From the NCBI GenBank assembly GCA_046536795.1, contig JAWDMB010000001.1, forward strand, positions 186,900-250,899: a DNA stretch of 64,000 nucleotides, read 5' to 3'. Position numbers and translations under genes: made by a program. Under the pieces are notes generated by a model. That model did not search any database, was not told the DNA's origin, and saw only the letters and a program-made list of their open reading frames with translations. Positions 7,905 to 17,923 of the stretch are shown here, in pieces (the stretch's first letter is position 1; each line of letters begins with the position of its first letter). This stretch comes from Candidatus Micrarchaeota archaeon. Its GTDB lineage: Archaea; Micrarchaeota; Micrarchaeia; Micrarchaeales; CABMGC01.

Positions 7905-9965
7905 ATGGATTCTATAAAGGCTGAGGAATACAAAAATAAATTCATCGAATTTTATAATGCTTACTATATTAACCAGATCAATGAGATGTTTATCAGCTAT
8001 CCTAAGAAGAGGAGCGTACTTATTGATGTAAAAGACTTGGAAAAATTTGATAGCGAAATAGCAAGCGAGCTAATAAATCAACCCGATAGCATACTACCTA
8101 TTGCTAACGCTGCACTTGCCGCAATGAATCCAAACCCTGAAGCAAAAGAACCTGTTTATGCAAGATTTTTCGGGGCAAGTGGCGAAGATTTGCTAATACA
8201 AGACCTTGGTTCAGAGCAAATTGGCAAGCTACTGACGTTGGATGCACTGGTTGTAAAAAGGTCAGAGATAACGCCAAAGGTACATATAGGTACATTCAAA
8301 TGTTCATATTGCGGCACTGTGTTAAAAGTAAATGTAGAGAAAGAAAATGTTCCTGAATTCTGTCCGCAGTGTAAAAGAAGATCTCTTAAACAGGTAGATG
8401 AAGAATCTGAATTCATAAACTTGCAGAGAATTGCTGTACAAGATCCTTTGGAAAGGCTAAAAGGAAGCACGCCTACATGGCAGCTAGAGGTATGGCTCGA
8501 AGATGATCTGGTAAACAGCGTCATACCTGGAGATAGAGTAGATATAACAGGCATACTCAGAATAAGGCCTAGAAGAAACGCAAAAGGCAAGGAAGAAAAG
8601 ACTGTATTTACAATGCTATTTGATGCCGTATCTATTAAGCCGAGGCAAAAAGAGTTTATAGAAATAGAGGTAACGCCAGAGGAGGAGCAAAAAATAAAGG
8701 AGCTCGCAAAAGATCCGCACATATTTGAAAAGATAGCAAAGTCTATAGCCCCATCAATTTATGGCTATGATGAAATTAAAAAGGCACTCGCCCTTCAATT
8801 ATTTGGCGGCACACCAGACAAAAAACTTGTGGATGGTGGCCCGATAAGAAGCGACATACATATACTTCTTATAGGTGATCCAGGATCTGCTAAAACAAGG
8901 CTTTTGCAAGCTGTAACATCAATAGTGCCAAAGGGAATTTATGTTAGCGGAAAGAGTACAAGCTCTGCTGGTCTTACAGCTGCCGCAGAGAGGGATGAAT
9001 TTGCTGAGGGGGGCTGGACTCTTAAGGCCGGAGCACTTGTTTTAGGATCTGGTGGCGAGGTTAGCATAGATGAATTTGACAAGATAAGTGATGAAGACAA
9101 GTCTGCACTACTGGAAGCATTAGAATCACAAACAATAAGCATAGCAAAAGCAGGTATAGTTGCTAAATTCAATGCAAAGGCGTCTGTGCTTGCTGCCGCA
9201 AATCCAAAGTATGGTAGGTTTGACAAGAATCAGTATCCCGCTGAACAGTTTGATATACCTCCTGCTTTGCTTTCAAGGTTTGATTTAATCTTTCCAATGA
9301 TAGATGTTTTAGATGAAGAGCAGGATAAGAAGATCGCAAGGCATATACTTGTGCAGCATCAGGCTGCAGGTGCACAGCTAGCTCAAATCGAAGAGTATGA
9401 GCAGGTAGAAGCGCCACCGATAGAACCTGAGCTGCTTAGAAAATATATTGCTTATGCAAGACAGCACGTAAGGCCTGTGCTAAGCCCAGAGGCAAGCAAC
9501 AGAATACAAGAATTTTACGTAGAGCTTAGAAAGCTTGGCATTAAGCAAGGAGCGGTGCCTATAACACCAAGACAGATAGAAGGGCTTGTAAGGCTTGCAG
9601 AGGCTAGTGCTAAGTCAAGGCTTTCAGATAAGATAGAGCTTAGAGATGCTGAGCTTGCAATCTCGCTGTTTGATTATATGCTAACCACACTTGCAGTAGA
9701 CAGGGGAGGTAGAAAAGATATCGATACGCTTCTCACAGGCATGCCAAGAGAGAAAGTTACAAAGATAAATACACTCATGGAGATCATAGCTAAGCTTGAT
9801 GAAGGAGGCCAAGGAGCTAAGATAGTAGCAGTATTAGAAGAAGCAGAGAAAGCAGGCATAGATAGGGCTACAACAACAAAGTATATAGGTGAGCTCGAGA
9901 GAAATGGCGACATATACACGCCAAAACCGGGCTTTATAAAGATAGTAAAGAGGGAAGAAGAATAA
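7905..9965 (+). CDS. mcm: Replicative helicase MCM
   Basis: C4 Zn finger, GDPGSAKT Walker A, IDEFDK Walker B, LLSRFDL arginine finger; ATG follows a GGGGG ribosome-binding site. Confidence 0.97.
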   Translation: MDSIKAEEYKNKFIEFYNAYYINQINEMFISYPKKRSVLIDVKDLEKFDSEIASELINQPDSILPIANAALAAMNPNPEAKEPVYARFFGASGEDLLIQDLGSEQIGKLLTLDALVVKRSEITPKVHIGTFKCSYCGTVLKVNVEKENVPEFCPQCKRRSLKQVDEESEFINLQRIAVQDPLERLKGSTPTWQLEVWLEDDLVNSVIPGDRVDITGILRIRPRRNAKGKEEKTVFTMLFDAVSIKPRQKEFIEIEVTPEEEQKIKELAKDPHIFEKIAKSIAPSIYGYDEIKKALALQLFGGTPDKKLVDGGPIRSDIHILLIGDPGSAKTRLLQAVTSIVPKGIYVSGKSTSSAGLTAAAERDEFAEGGWTLKAGALVLGSGGEVSIDEFDKISDEDKSALLEALESQTISIAKAGIVAKFNAKASVLAAANPKYGRFDKNQYPAEQFDIPPALLSRFDLIFPMIDVLDEEQDKKIARHILVQHQAAGAQLAQIEEYEQVEAPPIEPELLRKYIAYARQHVRPVLSPEASNRIQEFYVELRKLGIKQGAVPITPRQIEGLVRLAEASAKSRLSDKIELRDAELAISLFDYMLTTLAVDRGGRKDIDTLLTGMPREKVTKINTLMEIIAKLDEGGQGAKIVAVLEEAEKAGIDRATTTKYIGELERNGDIYTPKPGFIKIVKREEE

Positions 9966-10071
9966 AATCTAACTTAGTCAACAAAAAATGTATCATTGTG
10001 ATGTGTTTTGTTCAATTTTTATTAACTTATAGAACTTTAATAAAACTTTAATCTTTCCTTATTTTAATACT

Positions 10072-11001
10072 TCATGGTGGTGTATAACCATTATACCAGT
10101 TGCTTACAAAGTTTACATTGCTTATTTGACCGTTATTGCCATTACCGCTGTAGTCATTTGCATTACCATTAAGCGGCCACCATGCAACAAGATGTTGCAA
10201 ATCAATAGGTGCACCGCCTATGCCTTCTAGGTAAAGCGCTTGAATCTGGCCTGATGTTAGGTTTGTTGAATACGCTTGTACATTCGCTATAAGACTGTTA
10301 TAGTAACTGTTTACACCACTAGGTTTTGTACCACTTATATAAGTTGTCCAGTAGTCAGTGGTGCCTGATGGGCTATATTGGCCAGATGCGCTGCCAACAA
10401 GTTGCCCATTAACATAAAAATCTTCAGTCCCAGATCCGGATGTATTATAGGTTATTGCTAGCATATACCACCCGGCGTATGGCACATTATAGCTTATCGG
10501 GTTGTTTGAGTTGACTCCCCATATCCAACCAAAAACTGTAAGACCGTCCTCACTTAGGAAGGGCATATTCCAACAGCCGCCTGGCGGACAGCTAGTTACT
10601 CCAAATATTGGTCCATTTCCGCTGGGTGATATATAGGCCCAAGCTACAGCAGTCAATGGATTATTGTTACCAAAATAACTTGTAAGACTTCCGTAAATAT
10701 AGCCCTGCCCATTAAACTGTGCCACATATTGCGGCAACTCGCCACTGCATACACCTTCAAGGTTTATGAAAGAGGTTGTGTAAGGTCCATTTGGCCTGAA
10801 GACCTGGCATGCACCAGGTGGTGCTTTAGGAGCAAATGTCATTGGATTAAAAACACCGAGCTGAAAAAGTGCTGCAAGAACAACACTAATAATTAGTATA
10901 GCCCAGCCATATGTCATCAAGTATTCCATCGCGCTTTGCGCTTTGGCTGAAGCCTTTTCCAAAGGCTTCTTTTTGATAAAACTTTTTCTAAAAGTGTTCA
11001 T
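10072..11001 (-). CDS. Class III signal-peptide protein with LamG/concanavalin-like domain
   Basis: KA/QSAMEYLMTYGW; W.MLAITY, FYVNGQLV, IANVQAY, WWPLNGNANDYSG. Confidence 0.8.
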   Translation of the reverse strand: MNTFRKSFIKKKPLEKASAKAQSAMEYLMTYGWAILIISVVLAALFQLGVFNPMTFAPKAPPGACQVFRPNGPYTTSFINLEGVCSGELPQYVAQFNGQGYIYGSLTSYFGNNNPLTAVAWAYISPSGNGPIFGVTSCPPGGCWNMPFLSEDGLTVFGWIWGVNSNNPISYNVPYAGWYMLAITYNTSGSGTEDFYVNGQLVGSASGQYSPSGTTDYWTTYISGTKPSGVNSYYNSLIANVQAYSTNLTSGQIQALYLEGIGGAPIDLQHLVAWWPLNGNANDYSGNGNNGQISNVNFVSNWYNGYTPP

Positions 11002-11148
11002 ATCCTCATTTATTACTATTATATTAAAACAATAAAAATTATCAACTTCTAAATTAGACTGTTTGCATAATGTGTCTGATAATTTTTGTTTGAGAATAAA
11101 GCAACTAAAGATAGAAAGTTTAGCTAATAAAAGTTATAAATTAGTGCT

Positions 11149-12234
11149 GTGAAAATACTTATTGGTGTGTGCTTGATCAGACGCATTGAGTTTAGACAAC
11201 AATTCAATATACTTGTCTTATTTATGATAGTGCAGTTTGGAGGCTTACTTATAGCAAGCCTCGTTTATACTACAACACCTGTTAGCTATATAACAAGCCA
11301 AAGCCCAAGTAGCGGCCAAGTTAACACACCACAGCAAGCACTTTGGTTCTTTGTATATTTGATTATTGCAACTCTTGCAATCTTGCTTGTCTTCAAAATT
11401 TATCATGGTGATTTACTCTTCTCCCTTTTTGAAGGCTTTGTAATAGTTACTGCTTCTTTTTTTGTCTTTGCTACAATAATTGGTTACTTTATGCCCAAAT
11501 TAAGCGTCGGCGCTGTTTCTATTGCATCGTTGCTGATTGCTATAGCCCTTGTGTTAATAAAGAACAAATATCACATATTAAGAAACACCGTAGCGATAAT
11601 AGCGAGCATAGGTGTTGGATTAGTTCTTGGTATTGATTTTGGTTTTGCTGTAGCATATTTTTTGGTTCTCATAATTGCTGCTTATGATTACATTGCTGTT
11701 TTTGTTACAAAGCATATGCTCACACTCGCTAAGGCGTTATCAAGTAGGAACCTAGCATTTCTAATAGGCTCAACAGATGTGGAGGTAATACCAAAAAACT
11801 TCTTTAACAAAAAAGAGTTTAAAGAATATGAAAAATATAAGAAAGAGATTGCAAAAATAAAGAATCCTATTATAAAGAAGCTAATAAAGCAGGGCAAGAT
11901 GCCATTGATAAGCCAGGTACAGCTTGGTGCAGGCGATCTGGGCTTGCCTCTTATGCTTGCTATAAGCTCTTACAAGCTTTCTTTCAACTACTTTATACCT
12001 ATTAGTGTAATCATAGGTAGCACAGTAGGTATGCTCTTTACCATGTATATACAGAAAAAATACCTTATACCCCTTCCAGCGATACCCCCACTTTTCTCAT
12101 TTATGAGCATTGCATTAGGCCTTGCTTTACTTACTATTAGTTGGCAGAGCATATACCTTGCATTTGTAGGATTAGTGGTTTTGCTTATCTTCGTTTATGG
12201 CGCAAAAAGAAGCGCGAAAAACAGAAGTAGCTAA
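11149..12234 (+). CDS. Presenilin-family intramembrane aspartyl protease (true start probably a little downstream)
   Basis: YD (AAYDYIAV), GxGD (LGAGDL) and PAL-like (LPAIP) motifs; many TM helices. Confidence 0.9.
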   Translation: MKILIGVCLIRRIEFRQQFNILVLFMIVQFGGLLIASLVYTTTPVSYITSQSPSSGQVNTPQQALWFFVYLIIATLAILLVFKIYHGDLLFSLFEGFVIVTASFFVFATIIGYFMPKLSVGAVSIASLLIAIALVLIKNKYHILRNTVAIIASIGVGLVLGIDFGFAVAYFLVLIIAAYDYIAVFVTKHMLTLAKALSSRNLAFLIGSTDVEVIPKNFFNKKEFKEYEKYKKEIAKIKNPIIKKLIKQGKMPLISQVQLGAGDLGLPLMLAISSYKLSFNYFIPISVIIGSTVGMLFTMYIQKKYLIPLPAIPPLFSFMSIALGLALLTISWQSIYLAFVGLVVLLIFVYGAKRSAKNRSS

Positions 12235-13355
12235 AATGGCCACCTCCTCTTCTCCTGCCTGTCATCGTCGCCATGCAATTCCTTAAATCTCATAAGAAGC
12301 TCTTCTTCTTCTTTTGAGATTGATTTGGGTATAGCTATATTTACTATAACTATTTCGTCACCAATGCCTCTTGGCGTTCTAATGCCTGCACCTTTTATTA
12401 CTATTTTATCTCCCTGCTGAGTCCCTCTAGGAATCTCAATTTCTCTTTCACCATCGAGAGTAGGAACCTTTACCTTACCGCCTAAAATTGCGGTATAGAA
12501 TGGTATGCTTAGATTTACATAAATATCATTGCCTTCTCTCTTGAATATCTTGTGCTCTAGTACGTGCACCTCTACAAAAAGGTCACCAGTACCACCTTTT
12601 GCATAATCGCCCATGCCCCTAAGTCTTAAACGTGTGCCATCGGTTATGCCAGGAGGTATTTTTACAACAACTTTTTCTTCACTTACTACCCCGCCAGTGC
12701 CATTGCAAACCCTGCACGGCTTGTCATATATTTTACCAGAGCCGCCGCACCTCGGGCATACTGTAGAGGTTTGAATCCTGCCAAAGAAGGTATTTCTAGT
12801 TGTTACAATAAAACCTCTTCCATTACATTCAGGACACTTTATTAGCTTTGCATTAGGTTCGGCACCGGTTCCATTGCAGTGTGGACATTTTTTAACATGT
12901 CTAAACTTAATCTCTTTCTCTGTGCCCTTAGCTGCTTCTTCAAATGTTATATCAAGCCTATATAGTATGCTCTGGCCTACATTTGCATTTGCTCTTCCTC
13001 TTCCGCCTTGTCCAAAAACATTAAAGAAGGGCTCTTCGCCAAAATCAGAAAAACCAAAATCAAAGTCGAGCCCCAAATCTTTAAAAATATCCTCAAAATT
13101 AAATCCACGGAATATATCTTCTTCACTGTACCTCTGCTCAAAGCCTGCTGGACCATACATATCATATTGCCTTCTTTTCTCAGGGTCGCTTAGTACTGCG
13201 TATGCCTCGTTTATCTCCTTGAATTTTTCTTCCGCTTCTTTGGACTTGTTTCTGTCGGGGTGATACTTCAGTGCTAGTTCCCTGTAGGCTTTTTTGATCT
13301 CTTCCTGAGTAGCATTGTGCGGAACACCCAATATATCATAGTAGTCCTTTGTCAT
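12231..13355 (-). CDS. dnaJ: Chaperone DnaJ
   Basis: J domain with HPD, G/F-rich region, four CxxCxGxG repeats. Confidence 0.97.
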   Translation of the reverse strand: MTKDYYDILGVPHNATQEEIKKAYRELALKYHPDRNKSKEAEEKFKEINEAYAVLSDPEKRRQYDMYGPAGFEQRYSEEDIFRGFNFEDIFKDLGLDFDFGFSDFGEEPFFNVFGQGGRGRANANVGQSILYRLDITFEEAAKGTEKEIKFRHVKKCPHCNGTGAEPNAKLIKCPECNGRGFIVTTRNTFFGRIQTSTVCPRCGGSGKIYDKPCRVCNGTGGVVSEEKVVVKIPPGITDGTRLRLRGMGDYAKGGTGDLFVEVHVLEHKIFKREGNDIYVNLSIPFYTAILGGKVKVPTLDGEREIEIPRGTQQGDKIVIKGAGIRTPRGIGDEIVIVNIAIPKSISKEEEELLMRFKELHGDDDRQEKRRWPF

Positions 13356-13365
13356 TTAGGTCATT

Positions 13366-15234
13366 TTATTTTTCAACCCTAAAGTCCGCATCTGTTGTAT
13401 TGCCTTGGTTATCTGGTCCGCTACCGAAGCTAGAACTAGGGCCAAAGCCAGGTCCACCGCCGCTTGCTCCTCCCTGTGCTTGGCCCTGCCCCTTGTAAAG
13501 CTCTTCTCCTAACTTTTCAAGTGCACTCTTTAGTGATTCCATCTTTGAGCTTATCTCATCTTTATCCTCTTTCTTTATAGCTTCTTGTAGCTCGTTCTTT
13601 GCTTTTTCCACTTCGTCTGCGGTCTCTTTTGATATTTTGTCTTTGCTATCTTTGAGTGTTCTCTCTGCAGTGTATATTAATGACTCTGCTGTGTTTTTAA
13701 GCTCTATAAATTCCCTTATCTTCCTATCTTCTTCTGCATATTTCTCAGCTTCTTTCATCTTTTGCTCTATCTCCTCTCTTGACATCTTGTTAGGAGCAAC
13801 TATTTTCATACTCTGCTCTTTGCCTGTTGCTTTATCTTTTGCTGTAACGTGCAAAATTCCGTTTGCATCTATATCAAATGTAACTTCTATTTGTGGCACT
13901 CCTCTTGGTGCTGGAGGTATTCCTGTAAGCGTAAACCTGCCAAGTGAGACATTATCTTTTGCAAGTGCTCTCTCACCTTGCAGAACGTGGATCTCTACCG
14001 ATGTTTGCATATCCTCGGCTGTGGTGAATATCTGCGATTTTCTTATAGGTATAGTTGTATTCCTCTCTATAATCTTCGTCATGACTCCGCCAAGTGTTTC
14101 TATACCCAAAGAAAGTGGGGTTACATCAAGTAAGACAACATCCTTTACCTCTCCTGTAAGAACACCCGCCTGTATTGCTGCACCAAATGCAACTGCTTCC
14201 ATAGGGTCTACTCCGCGCTCTATCTTCTTTCCAAGAAGCTGCTCCACATATCTTTGTACTATAGGCATTCTTGTAGGTCCACCAATTAGTATTACCTTGT
14301 CTATATCCTTTGGTTCAAGCTTTGCATCTTTGAGTGCCTGCATTACCGGTTTTGTTGTCCTCTCAACTATTGGCAAAACAATCTCTTCTAGCTTTGCTCT
14401 TGTTAGTGTATAGGTAAAGTGAACAGGCGTATTTCCAGGGCCTACTGTAAGGAATGGCAGGTTTATCTCTGTTTGCAATGTTGTAGAAAGTTCTATCTTT
14501 GCCTTCTCTGCAGCTTCTCTAAGCCTCTGCATAGCCTGCTTATCGTTTGAAACGTCAACACCAGTAGAAGTTTTTATCTCCTTTAGCAAAAAGTCTACTA
14601 GTGCATTATCCATGTCTGTGCCGCCAAGTTGTGTATCACCACTCGTTGCCTTTACTTCAAATACACCATTTCCAAATTCCATTATCGTAACATCAAGTGT
14701 TCCACCACCGAAATCGTATACAAGTATTTTCATCTCTTTGTTGAGCTTGTCTATGCCATAAGCCAAGCATGCAGCTGTTGGCTCGTTTACTAGCCTAACT
14801 ACCTCTAAGCCAGCTATCTCGCCAGCGTCCTTTGTTGCTTGCCTCTGGTTATCATTAAAGTAAGCTGGGACTGTTATCACCGCTTGCTTTACTTCCTCTC
14901 CTAGATAAGCCTCTGCATCACGCTTTATCTTTTGAAGCAGTATCGCTGAAAGTTCTTGTGGTGTATATTCCTTGCCGAAGATCTTGTACTTGTAATCTGT
15001 TCCCATCTTTCTCTTAAAACCTGTTACAGTTCCTTCCGGATTTGCTATTGCTTGTCTTCTTGCTGGTTCTCCAACGAGTATCTGGCCATCTTTAGTAAAT
15101 GCCACATAACTCGGAAAAGCCTTTCCATATAGAGTAATTCCTTCAGCACTTGGTATTAGAACAGGCCTACCGCCCTCTAATACTGCAGCCGCAGAATTTG
15201 AAGTTCCCAAATCTATTCCTATTATTTTAGCCAT
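13366..15234 (-). CDS. dnaK: Chaperone DnaK (Hsp70)
   Basis: [40 protein letters not shown]. Confidence 0.98.
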   Translation of the reverse strand: MAKIIGIDLGTSNSAAAVLEGGRPVLIPSAEGITLYGKAFPSYVAFTKDGQILVGEPARRQAIANPEGTVTGFKRKMGTDYKYKIFGKEYTPQELSAILLQKIKRDAEAYLGEEVKQAVITVPAYFNDNQRQATKDAGEIAGLEVVRLVNEPTAACLAYGIDKLNKEMKILVYDFGGGTLDVTIMEFGNGVFEVKATSGDTQLGGTDMDNALVDFLLKEIKTSTGVDVSNDKQAMQRLREAAEKAKIELSTTLQTEINLPFLTVGPGNTPVHFTYTLTRAKLEEIVLPIVERTTKPVMQALKDAKLEPKDIDKVILIGGPTRMPIVQRYVEQLLGKKIERGVDPMEAVAFGAAIQAGVLTGEVKDVVLLDVTPLSLGIETLGGVMTKIIERNTTIPIRKSQIFTTAEDMQTSVEIHVLQGERALAKDNVSLGRFTLTGIPPAPRGVPQIEVTFDIDANGILHVTAKDKATGKEQSMKIVAPNKMSREEIEQKMKEAEKYAEEDRKIREFIELKNTAESLIYTAERTLKDSKDKISKETADEVEKAKNELQEAIKKEDKDEISSKMESLKSALEKLGEELYKGQGQAQGGASGGGPGFGPSSSFGSGPDNQGNTTDADFRVEK

Positions 15235-15251
15235 AAAACCACCTTTTTATT

Positions 15252-15839
15252 TTATTTTTTATTTTTGCCTTCAGCTTCACCGCTAGGCTCGCTCTTGGCC
15301 TTAGCAACTATAACAGTTGCAGGCCTGAGCAAAATGCCATTAAGCATATACCCCTTTCTTACAACCTCTAGTATTGAGCCCTCTTCCTTGTCGCTTTCCT
15401 TTGTAAGTATAATTTCGTGCTTGTATGGATCATATTTTCCATTTGTTTCTATAACTTCTAAACCCTCAGATTTTAATGCATCTAACAGGTTAGAGAAGAT
15501 CATCTCAAAACCTTTTATCTCCTTGTTTTCTTTTGAACTTACTGAAAGTGCAAGTTCAAATTCATCTAGTGTTGGGAGAAGCTTTCTCATGAGCTCTGCC
15601 TTGCCAAGCAGTTTTGCATTCTCGTTTTCTTTTGCTGTGCGCTTTTTGTAATTGTCAAACTCTGCCGCAAGTCTTAAAAGTCTGTCCTTGAGTTCCAAGT
15701 ACTCTTTCTCACTTACTAGCTTCTCCTCTTCCTTGCTTTCCTTACCTTCTTCCGCACTGCTTTGTTTAGCTTCTTTTGCTGCTTGGTCCTGTTTGCTCTC
15801 AGTGTTCTCTTTCTTTTGGTCTTTTGCTTCCTCTACCAT
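15252..15839 (-). CDS. grpE: Nucleotide exchange factor GrpE
   Basis: RLAAEFDNYKKR, RKGY.L...LLRPA.V; directly upstream of dnaK. Confidence 0.95.
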   Translation of the reverse strand: MVEEAKDQKKENTESKQDQAAKEAKQSSAEEGKESKEEEKLVSEKEYLELKDRLLRLAAEFDNYKKRTAKENENAKLLGKAELMRKLLPTLDEFELALSVSSKENKEIKGFEMIFSNLLDALKSEGLEVIETNGKYDPYKHEIILTKESDKEEGSILEVVRKGYMLNGILLRPATVIVAKAKSEPSGEAEGKNKK

Positions 15840-16233
15840 AAATCTCACGCGATATAAGTTCATCAAATTTTTCTGCAAACTCTATAAGCCTGTTAAACTC
15901 CCTGAGCATATCTTCTTGGAGCTCTGCTATGGTGTCTTCGAGACTCATTGATCTCAAAAAGTATTTCCTGCCCTTTCTGACTACCAGACCTGTGCTTATT
16001 AGCCTATTGAGATGATAGATTATTGTACTTCTTGACATCTTCATTTTCTTATAAAGTTCTAGGCTTGTTACTCCCTCGCCTGAGATACTTTTCCTTATTA
16101 CCTCTCTTAATATCTCTGGCTCTGACTCTTCCTCGAGATCAAACACCTTGCAGAACCACCGTGCAAGCTCATCTGAGGTCTCATTCGATGGTCTTGAAAG
16201 GGGCTTAATTACTAGCTTTTCTTCACTAGGCAT
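15799..16233 (-). CDS. Winged-helix transcription regulator heading the grpE-dnaK-dnaJ operon
   Basis: HTH-wing pattern TSLELYKKMKMSRSTIIYHLNRLISTGLV; overlaps the grpE start. Confidence 0.8.
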   Translation of the reverse strand: MPSEEKLVIKPLSRPSNETSDELARWFCKVFDLEEESEPEILREVIRKSISGEGVTSLELYKKMKMSRSTIIYHLNRLISTGLVVRKGRKYFLRSMSLEDTIAELQEDMLREFNRLIEFAEKFDELISREIYGRGSKRPKEREH

Positions 16234-16357
16234 ATTTATAATTATATGCAGAAATATTTAAAAATCTTTGTTTTTTTCAAGAAAAAGTTGAAAAATTCTA
16301 ATTTATTTTGTTTTTATTTGGTTCGTTGCTTTTAAGCTGTTCAAGGGCAGCAATTAC

Positions 16358-16460
16358 TTTCCCTATGGAGCGTAGGGGAGACGCTCGCAGATGAAGCGAG
16401 AAGCCCCGAACAAGCAGATGTGACTCAAGAAGCCCCATCCGTAAGGATAGGGTAGTTAAC
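16358..16460 (+). mobile_element. IS200/IS605 right-end / TnpB omega-RNA-like remnant with no ORF
   Basis: GC-rich island with hairpins CCCTATG-GAG-CGTAGGG and GAAG-CCCCATCC-GTA-AGGATAGGG-TAGTTAAC, resembling archaeal tnpB 3' ends (...GGGTAGTTCAC). Confidence 0.65.
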
Positions 16461-16481
16461 AGTAAAAAATAGATAATGATG

Positions 16482-16569
16482 TGGACTCCGCGGGATTTTC
16501 GAAAAGAAGTATTCGAACCCGCAACCTCCTGCATGCCATGCAGGCGCGCTACCATTGCGCCAGGAGCCC
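16482..16569 (-). tRNA. tRNA-Ala(GGC) with 16-nt intron at 59/60 (16496-16511)
   Basis: Acceptor GGGCTCC/GGAGTCC-A with G3:U70; anticodon arm CCTGC-ATGGCAT-GCAGG; BHB helix TTCG/CGAA. Confidence 0.93.
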
Positions 16570-16574
16570 ACTAT

Positions 16575-16814
16575 TCACATCACAGGGGATATAAATAGGA
16601 TATTGCCGCCCCTCAAAAGTATAGTGCCTAGTTTTGCTTTTAAGTTACCATCCTCTAATTCTTCTGCATTCTCCAGCACTATGTTCATATGCACGTCAAA
16701 CGATGTAACCACGCCTCTTATTTCTGTGTTGTTTTTAAGTCTCACTAAAATCTGCTGCCCAATAGATTTATTGAGCAAATCGAAAGGTCTTTCTTGCACC
16801 ATTTCTTTCACCAA
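16575..16814 (-). CDS. Sm-like protein (Lsm/SmAP)
   Basis: RPFDLL, G...SFDVHMNIVL, ILLRGGNI. Confidence 0.95.
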   Translation of the reverse strand: MVKEMVQERPFDLLNKSIGQQILVRLKNNTEIRGVVTSFDVHMNIVLENAEELEDGNLKAKLGTILLRGGNILFISPVM

Positions 16815-16873
16815 ATCAAATAAAAATTATCTTCTATAAATTTATTTATCTTTCACTATCTTTCCATACATTG

Positions 16874-17923
16874 CTATTCTTTGCTCTTCTTACTTATTTT
16901 AGCTAGATCCTCTTTCTTTATCGCAAGCTTAACTCTTCCAGTGCCAAGCGCTATCTGTTTACCTACAAGTATGCTTTCTGTAACCCCTTTCATCATGTCA
17001 ACTTCACCGAAAGCTGCCGCATTTATTAGATGCTTTACTGTTTCTTCGTATGCTGCTCTTGCAAAAACGGATTTCTTTTCGCCAGTTAATCCATGCCTAC
17101 CAACATTTTTTATTTCGCCGTCATATGTCATTGCATCTGCAAGCAGAAGTATGTGCCTAGGGCTCACTGAAATGCCTTGTTGCGAAAGTGTCAAGAGGAT
17201 CTCATTTGCTAATGTATTTCTTGCTGCTTCTATACCAAAAACTCTATACATCTCAAATATGTCATTAGTATAAAGTCTACTTTTATCAATTTCATCTATT
17301 TCCAGAAATGGACTTAGGTTGCTCTTATCTGTCAAAATATAATATTCGCCTGTCTTCTCATCCTGTTGTAATACACATGTACCTGCGCCTTCAACGCCGC
17401 TTATTGTAAGGTTCATTATCTTCATAGCCATTTCTCTTATGAATTTTATATCTCTCTTGTGGAAATTTACTATTATCTTCTTTTCGTTTGATTCTGTATC
17501 TACCTTAAGTAACTTGCTTATCTTCGATTCAACATCTTTTACTGTAAGATCATAAGCTTCTAACCTTTGTACATCTAATATTATTACAATGCTGCCTTTT
17601 CCAAAATTCTCTATTACATGTTTTGTTATGTTTGACATCTTTACTTCGTTTAGCTTTCTTGCAAGTTCGCTTGCTTTTTCGAAATTATTTTTTATACTAG
17701 CTTTTAGATATACGCTAGTTAAAGGAGATGCTGGCTTCTTCCTAGCGTCGATTAGCTCTATCATCCTCGGTAAACCGGCTGTAGCCATTTGAGAAGCCAT
17801 ACCTGCCAAGTGGAAAGAACTTATAATCATTTGCGTTCCTGGCTCTCCTATAGACTGTGCAGCAATAACGCCGACAGGCTCACCAGCATGAACAATATTT
17901 GGATCTTTATTCTCCTTCACCAT
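16874..17923 (-). CDS. rpoA2: RNA polymerase subunit A'' (Rpo1C)
   Basis: [44 protein letters not shown]. Confidence 0.96.
   Translation of the reverse strand: MVKENKDPNIVHAGEPVGVIAAQSIGEPGTQMIISSFHLAGMASQMATAGLPRMIELIDARKKPASPLTSVYLKASIKNNFEKASELARKLNEVKMSNITKHVIENFGKGSIVIILDVQRLEAYDLTVKDVESKISKLLKVDTESNEKKIIVNFHKRDIKFIREMAMKIMNLTISGVEGAGTCVLQQDEKTGEYYILTDKSNLSPFLEIDEIDKSRLYTNDIFEMYRVFGIEAARNTLANEILLTLSQQGISVSPRHILLLADAMTYDGEIKNVGRHGLTGEKKSVFARAAYEETVKHLINAAAFGEVDMMKGVTESILVGKQIALGTGRVKLAIKKEDLAKISKKSKE

Noticed and set aside
13637-14413. 258-aa ORF antisense to dnaK, and many similar Ser/Leu/Phe-rich antisense ORFs
   Set aside because: Shadow frames of real genes; no motifs or ribosome-binding sites.
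16298-16555. 85-aa ORF on the minus strand
   Set aside because: It overlaps tRNA-Ala and the IS-end remnant; spurious.
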